Assembly: GCA_963665095.1 (NCBI GenBank)
Contig: OY762069.1
Location: 1 to 64,000, forward strand
Direction: 5' to 3'
Origin: an uncultured Desulfobacter sp.
GTDB taxonomy: Bacteria > Desulfobacterota > Desulfobacteria > Desulfobacterales > Desulfobacteraceae
Length of the DNA stretch: 64,000 nt
Position numbers and translations under genes: made by a program
Shown here: piece by piece, positions 19,929 to 30,800 of the stretch
Layout: each line of letters begins with the position of its first letter
Position numbering within the stretch: the first letter of the stretch is position 1
Notes under the pieces: generated by a model
What the model saw: only the letters and a program-made list of their open reading frames with translations
Told to the model about the DNA's origin: nothing
Database searches by the model: none

Positions 19929-22472
19929 TTATTGAAACTGGGCAATAGTAACGTTGATGGCATGAACTTCCTGAACGCATTGATCCAGCGCCTGTTGTAC
20001 GGTCTCCACCGGGGCTCTTTTTTTACGCAGTTTGGCAAGTTTTTTAAGGTTGGTATTGGCCTTGTCGATCCGTGGAATAATGTCTGAGCGGCCCATACTT
20101 TTTGCCTGCCGTATATATGTTTTAAGACGGTTTTTTAAAGTGTCTTCATGCCGTATACACTGCAAAGGCCACCCTTTGGCACTCAACTGCCATTTGGTCT
20201 TATCATAGGCGGTTCCCTGGGGTCCCTGCATGCCCATATCCTTGGCAAAGGCCGCCTGCATCTGTTCTGTAGACATGCCTTCATAGGGGTTGTGGCCCTG
20301 TTCCGGGCGTTCGTTTTCAGGTGTGAGACCGCCACCAGTATCCTGGGCCCCAACATTGGAATAATCCACCGTTGACGGCAATGCCCCCACCTGTTCCTGG
20401 GGCTTTGCGCCGGCATCATCCGCAGTGACAATTTTAGCGCCGTATCCGGCCTGGCTGTCCGCCACTTTCGGCAATGCGGTATACTTGGGATTTTCCTGCA
20501 CCGCTGCCTGGCCGGCATCTGATGTTTCCTGGGTTTCACCCTGTCCAGCCCCGGATGTCTGCGGCAGCTGCATCCCCTGCATCTGGGCCATCGCCGCCTG
20601 CATCTGGGCCATGGCATCGGTCTTTGCCGCAGCGGCCTGGGCCTGGGCGCCGGCCGCCATCTGGGCTGCCGTGGCCTGCTGATCTACCGGTGCACCCTGC
20701 CGAGAGGCGGTTTCTTCAGCCGTCTGTGCGGCCGCAGCCGTTGTCGAAGATTCTACCTTGGTCGTCGTTGCGGACTGGGTCGAAGGCTTTGGCCCGCCTT
20801 CGGTCTGGGACGGCGGGGAATCAAAATCGCAGATCTTCTTGAGCGTCTTCCCGGCCTTGATTTCCACTTCACCGAATTTGTACTTCACCACGGGATCGCC
20901 CCAGGAATCTTCCGCAGAGACCTTGTAGGTCCCGGGCATCAGGGTGTAGTCGGCAGAGCGGTCCTCATAGGTGGTTCCCCAGCCGCCGCCCATGGTTTTC
21001 CCGTTCATGTCCTTTACGATGACACTGCCGTGGAACGGCTTGCCGTTCCTGTAGGTCCAGACGGTCAGTTCACCGGTGTCGATGGAAATTTTTTTCTCGA
21101 TCTCCTGCCCTCCTGAAAGGGTGACGGTGCCGCCGTCTTTGCGAACCTCTGATCCCCAGGAATCTTCTGCAATGAGTTGATAGGTTCCCGGAACCTTGTT
21201 GATCGTTGCCGGACCGTCTTCGTATGTGGTTTCCCAGCTTCCATTGCCGTTGGCATCAACGATCTTGACCCTGGCATGGGCGGGCTTCCCGTTTTTATAG
21301 ATCCAGACGACGATCTTTCCGGCATCAAAGGATGCCTTCTTCTCGATGGTCTGTCCGGCACTGATCTCAATGGTCCCCAGATCGATTTTTGCCTCGGTGC
21401 CCCATGAGTCCTGGGCCGTGATCTGATATTTGCCGGGCTGAAGTTTATACTCGGCAGGTTTCTCCTCGTATGTGGTTTTAAGGCCGCCGCCAACGGTTTT
21501 CCCATCCATCGTGGTAACCTTTACCGATCCTTTAAACGGTTTTCCGTTTTTCAAATTCCATATCGTCAGGATGCCGCTGCCGAAATTGGCCGTGATCTCC
21601 CGTACTTTCCGGTCGGTAATCTCGACGTTTTCAAATACCAGCCGGGGGCGGCCCTCCTGTTCCCATTCGTCCGTCACCGTTACCGTGTAAGTCCCGGGCG
21701 TAACACTGAGCATCAGGGGCTTTTTTTCTGAAGCGGCCCGGCTGGCAACGACGGTGCCGGAGGAAGGATCACTGACCTTCACATCTGCCCCGATGGCCTT
21801 GCCGTTCAAAAACACGGAAACCTTGAGATTTTTACTCACGGTTTTCTCGATCACCTCGTTCAGGGCATCTTTTAGCTTATCCGCGTCCTTGGCCGGAAAA
21901 TATTCACCCCCTCCTGCCTTGGCCATGCATTTGAGCTGTGCCTCTGTTTGCCCACCCACATCAAAACCCACCACATGGAGTACAAATTTGATTCCAAGTT
22001 TTTCCAATTCTGCCACAAAATTACAGGGATCAGGATCACAGGTTTCTTCACCATCCGAGACAAGCAGGATGGTGGTCTCATCTTCCATGTGCTTGATCGC
22101 TTCAGCAGTTTTTCGAATGGATCTGAGCATGGGGGTTTTGCCCTTGGGACTGAGGGCGTTTATTTTTGTCATGAAGGCTTTGGCATCCAGAGGGCCTATA
22201 GGAATCAGGGTTTCCACATCATCACAGTCACCTTTACGACGATGTCCATATGCAACCAAACCTATATTAATATCTTCTGGCAGATCATTAACAATCAAAT
22301 CCATAGCTTCTTTGGCAATGGTGATTTTGGCTTTTCCGTCAATCTGGCCCCACATGGAACCGGAAGTATCAAAAATCAGTATCAAATTTGTTTTGCCGGT
22401 CGCCTGGCTGACTGCGGTAATTCCAAATAGAAAAATTAGAATTGCTGTAACTCCGAGAAAAACTCTACGCAT
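19929..22472 (-). CDS. Secreted vWA-domain protein with four tandem beta-rich repeats and an Ala/Gln-rich linker
   Basis: Signal peptide; MIDAS DTSGS; SDGEETC; repeated NGKP...PGxYxxxAxDxW units. Confidence 0.88.
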   Translation of the reverse strand: MRRVFLGVTAILIFLFGITAVSQATGKTNLILIFDTSGSMWGQIDGKAKITIAKEAMDLIVNDLPEDINIGLVAYGHRRKGDCDDVETLIPIGPLDAKAFMTKINALSPKGKTPMLRSIRKTAEAIKHMEDETTILLVSDGEETCDPDPCNFVAELEKLGIKFVLHVVGFDVGGQTEAQLKCMAKAGGGEYFPAKDADKLKDALNEVIEKTVSKNLKVSVFLNGKAIGADVKVSDPSSGTVVASRAASEKKPLMLSVTPGTYTVTVTDEWEQEGRPRLVFENVEITDRKVREITANFGSGILTIWNLKNGKPFKGSVKVTTMDGKTVGGGLKTTYEEKPAEYKLQPGKYQITAQDSWGTEAKIDLGTIEISAGQTIEKKASFDAGKIVVWIYKNGKPAHARVKIVDANGNGSWETTYEDGPATINKVPGTYQLIAEDSWGSEVRKDGGTVTLSGGQEIEKKISIDTGELTVWTYRNGKPFHGSVIVKDMNGKTMGGGWGTTYEDRSADYTLMPGTYKVSAEDSWGDPVVKYKFGEVEIKAGKTLKKICDFDSPPSQTEGGPKPSTQSATTTKVESSTTAAAAQTAEETASRQGAPVDQQATAAQMAAGAQAQAAAAKTDAMAQMQAAMAQMQGMQLPQTSGAGQGETQETSDAGQAAVQENPKYTALPKVADSQAGYGAKIVTADDAGAKPQEQVGALPSTVDYSNVGAQDTGGGLTPENERPEQGHNPYEGMSTEQMQAAFAKDMGMQGPQGTAYDKTKWQLSAKGWPLQCIRHEDTLKNRLKTYIRQAKSMGRSDIIPRIDKANTNLKKLAKLRKKRAPVETVQQALDQCVQEVHAINVTIAQFQ

Positions 22473-22920
22473 CTATCTCTCTCCTTGTATTGTGATATTT
22501 AAACGAATAAACAGCCTACTATGAAGTACCAACCGTTCAAATATAGGTCATTGTTACAGAACTGTTATTTTTTATAAAAAAAACATACAAAATGCTTACG
22601 ATATAAACAATACTTTTATCAAGAAAAAACAAAGATGACTCTTTTCCAGAGAATAAAATTAGGAAATTGAAACCCCGGAATATGTCTATTTAACCGGGCT
22701 GCCACGATTTTGAAGAAAGTGATCAATTCCAGAAGAATGAAGCTGGATATTGGAGCCTACGCCAGTGAACCATTACAAATGGCAGGGCTCGCTTTCCAGA
22801 GAAAACGTGTTCCCCAAGATGTTGTGCTTTGAGTTTTTCCGCTGGCCACAAATCTTACGGTCAAACGTCGGATTAAGAAATTTGATTTTACCAGACAAAA
22901 ATTATTCTCAATAGAGCAGA

Positions 22921-23753
22921 CTAAATTGCCGGTACCACATCTTCAGGACACCAGACCGCTGCGGTTGAGTCACCCAGGGGCACAGTCTTCCCTTTGAGGA
23001 ATTGAACACCCACCCATGCGCAGATCAAAGCATCCAGGGCATCTTCATATCGCTTTAAAAATGACAGAGACGGCACCTCTTCCGGCGCCGGCAGCACCAG
23101 ATCCAGTGGCTGAAAGACTAAAGCCAGCGCCTGGTGTATCTCCTTAAACTGATCCAGCAGGTTATTTTTTCTTGTGGAGATGTCTGTCCCGGGCCAGTAT
23201 TTGTTTGATTTTGATATTTTATACGGAACCCGGCGCCTTTTTCCGAGCAGGGATAACAATGCCACATGGGGATAGACCTCCATAAAACAGGAACGTTTGA
23301 GGGCCCTTTTGTGATCCTTGCGGCGACTTACAGCATGGTCATATCCGGATGCCAGCAAAAAACGGGTGATATTGTACCCCAGCTCTCCCGGCCTGTCCCG
23401 GGTTGGGCTGTGCGTGGCACACCACCGGCTTGCGAAAGCCTTTGATATTTCGTTGTCTGCGGCCCTGCGGGTATGAAAAGGCACCCGGGATATGGGCATG
23501 TCAAGGGTGATAACCTGAACCGGTTCTCCTGCCAGGGTTTCAGCAGCGCAAGAAGGCGGCCCATGTCCGGGACACAGCCCGGAACAGATTTTATTTTCCA
23601 GTCAAACGGCTGGTTTTCCGCAGCCTGAATAAATGCATTATAGCTTGGCTGCACCCCAAGGACCTGCCACCGGCCCTGGTTTTTCCGAACCAGGGCAACC
23701 CCGCTGGGTTCACGGGCCGTCCATGCCGCATCAATTCCCAGTACAGTTGTCAT
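22921..23753 (-). pseudogene. DUF429 family protein (predicted RNase H-like nuclease), frameshifted near 23548
   Basis: GIDAAWT..PSG lies in one frame; LDMP, EVYPH and EDALDALICA lie in another. A 1-nt correction joins the two parts. Confidence 0.8.
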
Positions 23754-23786
23754 AATTTTTCCGATATCAGGTGAGAGTCAGATCAC

Positions 23787-24878
23787 TCAGGCCGGCACAA
23801 TCTGCGACGCAAGGGCTTGAGCCAGTCCCATCAGTTCATCCTTTTGATCAAGCCCATCCAGAAACCGTGCAGGAATCCCGCTGAGACCAACCTGGGCGCC
23901 GGTCAGGGCGCCGGTGAGAATGGCTCTGACCTGGTTCTGACCGCCGCCATTTACCGCATGAAGCACTGCGGACTGGAAATCATCATAAAACCGCGCGGCA
24001 AGATAGTAGGCAGCCGGCAGCTGGTGATAGATGGCACACGGCATTCCGTAAACAATGGATACTTTCCAGGCCGGTTCAATTCGAATATCCGGATCAAACG
24101 CGGCCGCTGCCATGTATGACGGGGAGAGCAAGGCATCCGGAGAGGCAAATCGCCCTGCCCTTGGCGGATCCGGGTCCCCCGGCCGGGGAGGGGCAAGGTT
24201 GTCGCGTGTCACGGCATGAAACGGCAGATCTCCTTTTTTCACCAGGGCCATGAGCTTATCGGAAATCTCTGAGTCCAGCCTGTTTCCCTGGACCAGCTGG
24301 GCCAGTACAGCCCCGAATGCCACGGTCATGGAGACTACAGTATTATCCACCTGGGTCAGCACGGTATTATCTGCAATGGCCGCAGCAAGCTTTCCTGGTT
24401 CAAACGCATAACGTACGGCAATGGCAAGAGTACGTTCAATGGCCTCGGTGGTGTCGGCATGCCCGCCGGTCTGCCCCCAGGGCTGTTGGCCCTCAACCCG
24501 TTTGCGCCAGGCATCACGGATGGACTGGCTGGTGTAGTTTCCAGGTCCTTTCACTGGCGTACCGTCGAGCAGCGGAAATAAATCCTCATCCAAGCGCCGG
24601 CAGAAATCTCGTTCATTATACCCATTGTTTTCAACCAGGGAGCGAAGGGTCAAAGCAAGGATAAATCCGGCCTGGGAAAGAGCGCCTTTTTTCAGTCCGT
24701 CATGATACCGGCCGGGTTTGGGATCGGTATACCCGTTGATCCAGTTACCATAATCGTTGTGAAGCGCATCAAGATCATAGTACCAGTGCGGTCCCAGTGC
24801 CAGGGCATCTCCGATGAAGGCGCCCATGATGGCGCCTGCGGCCCGGTCTTTTGTGTTTAGCGTCTTTGCCATGCCCAC
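23787..24878 (-). CDS. ADP-ribosylglycohydrolase family protein with atypical active-site residues
   Basis: GAIMGAFIGDALALG at the N-terminus and AVLHAVNGGGQN...TGALTGAQVG.SGIP at the C-terminus. Confidence 0.85.
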   Translation of the reverse strand: MGMAKTLNTKDRAAGAIMGAFIGDALALGPHWYYDLDALHNDYGNWINGYTDPKPGRYHDGLKKGALSQAGFILALTLRSLVENNGYNERDFCRRLDEDLFPLLDGTPVKGPGNYTSQSIRDAWRKRVEGQQPWGQTGGHADTTEAIERTLAIAVRYAFEPGKLAAAIADNTVLTQVDNTVVSMTVAFGAVLAQLVQGNRLDSEISDKLMALVKKGDLPFHAVTRDNLAPPRPGDPDPPRAGRFASPDALLSPSYMAAAAFDPDIRIEPAWKVSIVYGMPCAIYHQLPAAYYLAARFYDDFQSAVLHAVNGGGQNQVRAILTGALTGAQVGLSGIPARFLDGLDQKDELMGLAQALASQIVPA

Positions 24879-25134
24879 TCCTTTATCCAGTTTTAGTCAT
24901 GCCGCCGGGATTATAACGGGGTTCTCTTTCCATCAATCCAGAAAAACCGGCGCATTAAAATAAAAATCCTTAAAATAATACAAAAAAAATATCTTCAGGA
25001 TAAATTCCATCTCCATATAAAGTTAGGATATACATACTATTGAATATATTTTAATACCCCATGACTTTGTGTCAAGACAGGCACGGTCTTATTCTGCACC
25101 ACGTCCCCATGGGGACAAAAGTTTGGATGAGAAA

Positions 25135-25560
25135 TCAGCGCCGCCTGAGTCCAAGGCCTACCATCTGGGTGGAGTACATCGAGTATTCCGTCCCGTTTGG
25201 ATAATCAAATGTTTTTTCCGGGTCTGAATTATTCAGGGTGTCATCATATCCCCAGAAAGTCGTAATGGTTGCATCGGTATTCCCCAAAGCGATATTGCCC
25301 AACTCAATGATAAACGAGACTGTGCTGCCATTGGGATATATGGCGCCAAAATGTCCTCCCCAGAATGAAACCAGTCATTTCCCTGGAGAAGCGGATTTTC
25401 CGTTGCGTTCCCCAGTGATATGTTGGCATCCCACAATGGCGTCGTCGTGTCTATATCACTGGCTGATAACCGGGTTCCTCCCCAGCTTGCATACCCATCA
25501 TGGATATAAACGGGAGGAACAGTAAATCCAAGCAATACAGCTCTTTAACAAAAATTTCAT
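25135..25560 (-). pseudogene. Degraded secreted or PEP-CTERM-like protein relic
   Basis: AGGAG plus ATG (MKFLLKSC), fragments in several frames, and a final frame ending VGLGLRRR*. Confidence 0.45.
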
Positions 25561-26039
25561 GGTTCTGCTCCTTTTTAATTTATCCTATTTAACTTTTTTC
25601 GGTTCAAACCAGATGAACAACCCCCTCTCTTTGACCCAAAAAAAGGTGCCGTTCAAAGGCTTGGCAACACATTGGTGCGAACAGGCGGCTGATAACAGCC
25701 AACCCGACTATATTCAAACGATCATGTGGGACTTTAACAATTCGATAATTACAGCCCTGCCGGCTTTCCCTGCCGACTTTTAATGTCCGCCGGGTATCTG
25801 TATGATCGAAAATTAAAGATCAGTTAACGTCGTCTGAACCCCAGAAATGAAAATAACACGGGGAATCTTACGGATATCTTACACTGCTGATTTTTTTAAC
25901 CGGGCGGAAAAATTATAATAGACAGGGGCGGCATGCCGTTTAAGATCGTGGGGACCAGTGCGGTGAACGGAATAATTAAGATCGTTTTTAGACTGATAGT
26001 CCTTTGTTTTTTATCATCAACTCAGATGGGGGTTTTAAA

Positions 26040-26190
26040 CAGATTTCTTTGCATTTAACGACATGCGGAATCCAGTAGTCGAGACCATTAATCCATCGAA
26101 AAACCTGCTTCCTGCTGCCCCATGTATGTTGGTGGGGTTTCTCTTTCTCAAGTGCCGAAAATCCGTATGATTCCAGAAAGGCACAGATTC
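26040..26190 (-). mobile_element. Possible DDE transposase remnant
   Basis: A start-less frame reads HTWGSRKQVFRWINGLDY..HVVKCKE, which resembles internal transposase segments as I recall them (unverified). Confidence 0.3.
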
Positions 26191-26242
26191 AATGTCGGCG
26201 CATCGGCGCAATTTGATAGCATTGTTGGATTTGTCCCGGCTT

Positions 26243-27811
26243 TTATTCATCCAGAACCCTGGCAATCTTTTTCATCAGGATGTCCGCGGAAAAAGGTTTG
26301 ACCAGAAAGCCGTTTACACCCATCTTTACTGCCTGCATCACCTTGGATTGCTCTGCTTCCCCTGATACCATGATAAAGGGAATATGTTTAAGCGTCTGTG
26401 ACTGTTTGACATGTTTGAGCAGCTCCATGCCATTGACTTTCGGCATATTCAGGTCTGAAATGATCAGGTCTACGGGGTTGATCTGCAGCCGTCTGATACC
26501 TTCCATGCCATCTTCCGCCCGGATGAAGTTTTTAAACCCCATCTGTCGCAGGATGCTTATGATGGTGCCCCTCATGATGGCATAATCGTCCAGAATCATG
26601 ATATTCATGCCCCGTTTGCCGGATAGTTTTTTGATCTGCAGGGGGCTCTCCTCAAAAAAAAGATCAAAGGCTTGTTCCACATTCTCTTTTTTCAGATTGT
26701 CATGGAGTTCCAGTATCAGGGTCGTGCCTTTTTCCTCAATGGATTGGAAGGATAGTCGTCCGCCTATAGTTTTTGCAATGAGTTTTGCGGAATAGGTGCC
26801 AAGGCCGGTTCCGTCAGGTTTGCCGTGGGTGACATATTTATTAAAAAAGGTGTCCCGGATCTCCTCCGGGATAAGTCCCTGGTTGTTGATCATGACGATA
26901 GGCGTGTCCCCTTTGATATCCAAGCCCACAGTAACGGCTTTTCCCGGAGGTGACGCCTCCACCGCATTCTTAACTAAATTGACGAACATTGAATAGAAAA
27001 GCATCTCCTCTCCATATGCCACAAAGGTGTCGTTTTCTTCGGCAGGTTTGCCGCTGATCAGGATTCTGAAAACAATGTCCTTTGAGCCCATGAGCTGGTA
27101 GATCTCACCTTTGAGCTGTTTGAAAATTTTAATCAGATCCACGGCAACAGGCCGCAGACGGTACTGCTTTTTTTCCATTTTATACAGGTCAATGGATGAA
27201 TTGATAATATCCATCACCCGGAAACCTGACATGGAGATCATTTCAAGCATTTCCCGCTGGTTTCCCACGATATTTTCTTCTTTGAGCAAAAGCTCCGGGA
27301 TGGCGATCAGAGCATTTAAGGGGGTTTTTAAATCATGCCGGGCAATGCTTTCCACATCGTTTCTGAGGCGTTCGTTTTCCAGGAGAATTTCGTTCTGTTT
27401 TTTTAATGCGGCATTGGCCCGTATCAGTTTCAGATGGTTCTCCACCCTGAGCTTTACAATTTCCGGGTTAAATGGTTTTGTGATGTAATCCACTGCACCC
27501 AGAGTCAGCCCCTGGCTTTCCTGCTCTATCTCTCCAAGGGCTGTCACGAAGATCACCGGTATTTCGCGGGTCTGCTCTGATAATTTGAGCTGTTCGCAGA
27601 CCTGGTAGCCGTCCATGCCCGGCATCATAATGTCCAGAAGGATCAGGTCCGGAGGATCTTCGCCTGCCATCTCCAAAGCGGATTCTCCGTCTGTGGCAAC
27701 CCTGACGTCATAGGCGTCCCCTAAAATATCCATGAGGATGTCAATATTTAACTCTGTGTCATCGACTATAAGAATGACGTCTCTGCCTTTGTCGTCCATA
27801 TACGCTGTCAT
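26243..27811 (-). CDS. Hybrid REC-HisKA-HATPase-REC kinase
   Basis: [33 protein letters not shown], and a C-terminal CheY-like domain with SDLNMP...KPF. Confidence 0.93.
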   Translation of the reverse strand: MTAYMDDKGRDVILIVDDTELNIDILMDILGDAYDVRVATDGESALEMAGEDPPDLILLDIMMPGMDGYQVCEQLKLSEQTREIPVIFVTALGEIEQESQGLTLGAVDYITKPFNPEIVKLRVENHLKLIRANAALKKQNEILLENERLRNDVESIARHDLKTPLNALIAIPELLLKEENIVGNQREMLEMISMSGFRVMDIINSSIDLYKMEKKQYRLRPVAVDLIKIFKQLKGEIYQLMGSKDIVFRILISGKPAEENDTFVAYGEEMLFYSMFVNLVKNAVEASPPGKAVTVGLDIKGDTPIVMINNQGLIPEEIRDTFFNKYVTHGKPDGTGLGTYSAKLIAKTIGGRLSFQSIEEKGTTLILELHDNLKKENVEQAFDLFFEESPLQIKKLSGKRGMNIMILDDYAIMRGTIISILRQMGFKNFIRAEDGMEGIRRLQINPVDLIISDLNMPKVNGMELLKHVKQSQTLKHIPFIMVSGEAEQSKVMQAVKMGVNGFLVKPFSADILMKKIARVLDE

Positions 27812-27815
27812 TGGG

Positions 27816-30800
27816 TTACTCCAGCTCGGAAATTAAATCTGTTAATATTGTTTGCGCATCCTTGAACTTGTATTTCCCTATGCATACCTGTAACTCGTCA
27901 ATCCTTGCTCTGAGGGGCTGCGGCCAGGCATAGCCGCCCATCTTTTCGAGTATCTCTTTGGCTGGCTTTGGTTTGTGTTTGCTTACGTGGGGGGCAAGGT
28001 CCCTGAGATATGCCAACAGCCTCCCGGTATCACCGTTATCGGCTGAGACAGCCGAATTTTCCTGAACCTGGGTCAGGGCGATGGGGGCAAGGGTTTCCAA
28101 AACAGCGTCCAGATCCTTTTTAAAATCCTGGATCCGTGTTTTGAACTGCCCGGAATCCGGATCCGATTTCAGGCCCGCCTCCAGGGCTGCTGCAGTCTTC
28201 TGCAGAGCTTCTGCGCCAATGGTGTCGGCAAGGCCTTTAACGGTATGTGCCAAACGGACAGCAGTTTCCACATCTTCGTCCAACACGGCCTTTTCAATTT
28301 CCGCCACGGTATTCTGGTTGCCGGAATGAAATTTTTGCAGCAAATTGAGATAGCGCTTTTTGTTTTGACTTACCCTGCTCAGCCCCCTGGTGGTATCAAT
28401 CCCTTTTAAGGCAGGAAGGTCTGGTTCCCGAACAAAAAAAACCTCCTGTTCAAGCTGGTCCACAGCCAATTCCTGGTTCAGCTTGTTATCTTCCACCAGC
28501 AACAGTTTTGCCCCCCGGATGTGATCAAAATTCGGGGGCAGGTTATTTCCCTTTTTTCCTCTGTAGTTCAGGGTGTCTGCCCTGCCAAATCTGGCTGTGA
28601 ACCAGAATGTGGACCCCTGACCCGCCTCACTGTCAACCCCAATGGTGCCACCCATTAATTCACTGAGTTTTTTACAGATAGACAGCCCCAGGCCTGAACC
28701 GCCGTAGCGCCGTGTTGTTGATGTGTCTGCCTGGTGAAAGGCTTGAAATAGTTTGGCCTGTTGCTCGTGTGTCAGGCCAATACCTGTGTCGCGAACCTTA
28801 AATTTAAGAACGGCCTCATGGGGCTGGACACGAACCCCGGAGACGGAAATCTCAATTTCTCCTTTTTCAGTGAACTTAACGGCATTGTTGCCCAGGTTCA
28901 GCAGAATCTGGCCCAGCCGCAGTGGATCCCCCTTAAGGGATACCGGTGTCTGGGCCGCCATGTTGAATATCAGTTCCAGCCCTTTTTCATGGCATTTTGC
29001 TGCAATCAGACTGGAAAGATTGCCCAGAACCTCATTGAGATCGAATTCAACGATTTCAATCTTCAGTTTTCCAGCCTCAATTTTGGAAAAATCCAGAATA
29101 TCATTAATGATTCCTAAAAGGTTCCTGGCAGACAGATTCACCTTTTCTATATAGTTGCGTTGTTTGGGGGTGAGCTCTGTTTTCAGTGCCAGGTGGCTCA
29201 TACCAAGGACGGCATTCATGGGGGTCCGGATTTCATGACTCATGTTGGCAAGAAAATCAGATTTAGCCCGGGTGGCTTCTTCTGCCTTTTCTTTGGCCGT
29301 AATAATTACCTGTTCTGCTTTTTTTCGTTCTGTAATATCCCGCAGGGATGCCATTGCCAAAAGGCCGTACCGGCTTTGGATGGGACTGACGCTGACCTCC
29401 ACGGGAATCAGTTCTCCGGTCCTGGCACGAATGGATTGTTCCATGCTGAATCTGATTTTTTCCCGGGTGTCTTCATATCGGAGGAGCCGAGCCTTTATGT
29501 CCGATAACCAGGGGCGTGCCTCATCCGGGAGCAGCATATCCACAGTGGCGCCCAAAAGTTGTGATCTTTCATAGCCGAGTAGAAGTTCTGTCTGGGTGTT
29601 GACCAGGACGATCTCTCCTGTCTTTTCACAGGCCACCATGGCGTCGGGGGCAGATTCAAGCAGGGCTGAGAACACTTCCTGATTCTCTTTGAGCTCCAGG
29701 GTACGCTGGGCCACCTTTTCCTCAAGGTCCGCTTTTGCCGCTTCAAGGGCTTTTCTGGTACGATCGCCCAGGACCAGGACCAGAAGAACTGAAAAGACAG
29801 AAAGCACAAGCGTAACGCCAAGGATAATAAAAACGGCCATCCGGATTTTATGGAAGCTGGCCATGGCCTCTTCAACATCTATCTCCGCGGCCAGGCCCAG
29901 ATCCAGGTCCTGGTTCCACAGCCAGGCTCCGAACACAGGTACCCCTCTGTAGTCCAGGTACCCCTGGATATTTTCTCCCATTGATGACGCCCCGCTTAAG
30001 ATCTGCTGGTCTGCCATTTGGCGCCGAAGCTCAATAGCCTGTTCCGCCAGATGGGTCAGGGGTAACTGTTTTTTTGGCTTGACTGGTTGAAACCCTCTGG
30101 TCAGATCTCTTCCCGGATTCTTAAGCTCAATGGTCAATGGGCTTGATTCCGTTGTCTTTAACAGACCTATTACCTTGAGCTGGTCATCGAACCTGCTGGG
30201 GGTGACCATTGTGCCGGTGCGGTCAAAGGCGTAGATATCAGCTGTTGTCCATCTTCCCGGTGATTGTGTCAATTGGGCCAGATCTTTTAAAGGATCAATG
30301 CCTAAGGCCATAACGGCAATAATCGTATTGTCCGGCGAAATAACCGGACCGATTAACATCATGCGGGGCCTTGTTGTAACACCATTGTCGCTGATGTTCG
30401 TTCTTAAAGGCGGAATGAAAAGGATTTCTCCGGAAAAGGCTCTTTTCAGGCGGCCGGGATATTGGCGGGCCAGCGGATGCTGCTGGCACAGTTGCGAATC
30501 ATCCAGGGCTGCGACAATGGCATAGTCCGGACTGATAATGGTAAAATCTGTATAGGGAAATATCTTTGTGTCGCTGGTAAAAAACGCCAGGGCCTGTGCC
30601 AGTGCCGTTGATGTCATCAACTGCTCTTTATCGGGACAGACACGGATCAGTTGCACTGCGATATGATTGAGATCAGGATTTTTGCCCAGGTGCTCCATGG
30701 AGGTCCTTCGATCCGCCATCCACAGTTCTGTCCGGTCCTGGGTCAATGACAGCATCAGGCGCAGATGGGCAGCCATATCCCTGATTGTGGATGTCCGCGT

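Noticed and set aside
25681..25800. Possible c-di-GMP-I riboswitch on the minus strand
   Set aside because: Only a GAAA-containing hairpin and a vaguely similar 3' end are present; the conserved GGCAAA...GACGCAAAG core is absent.
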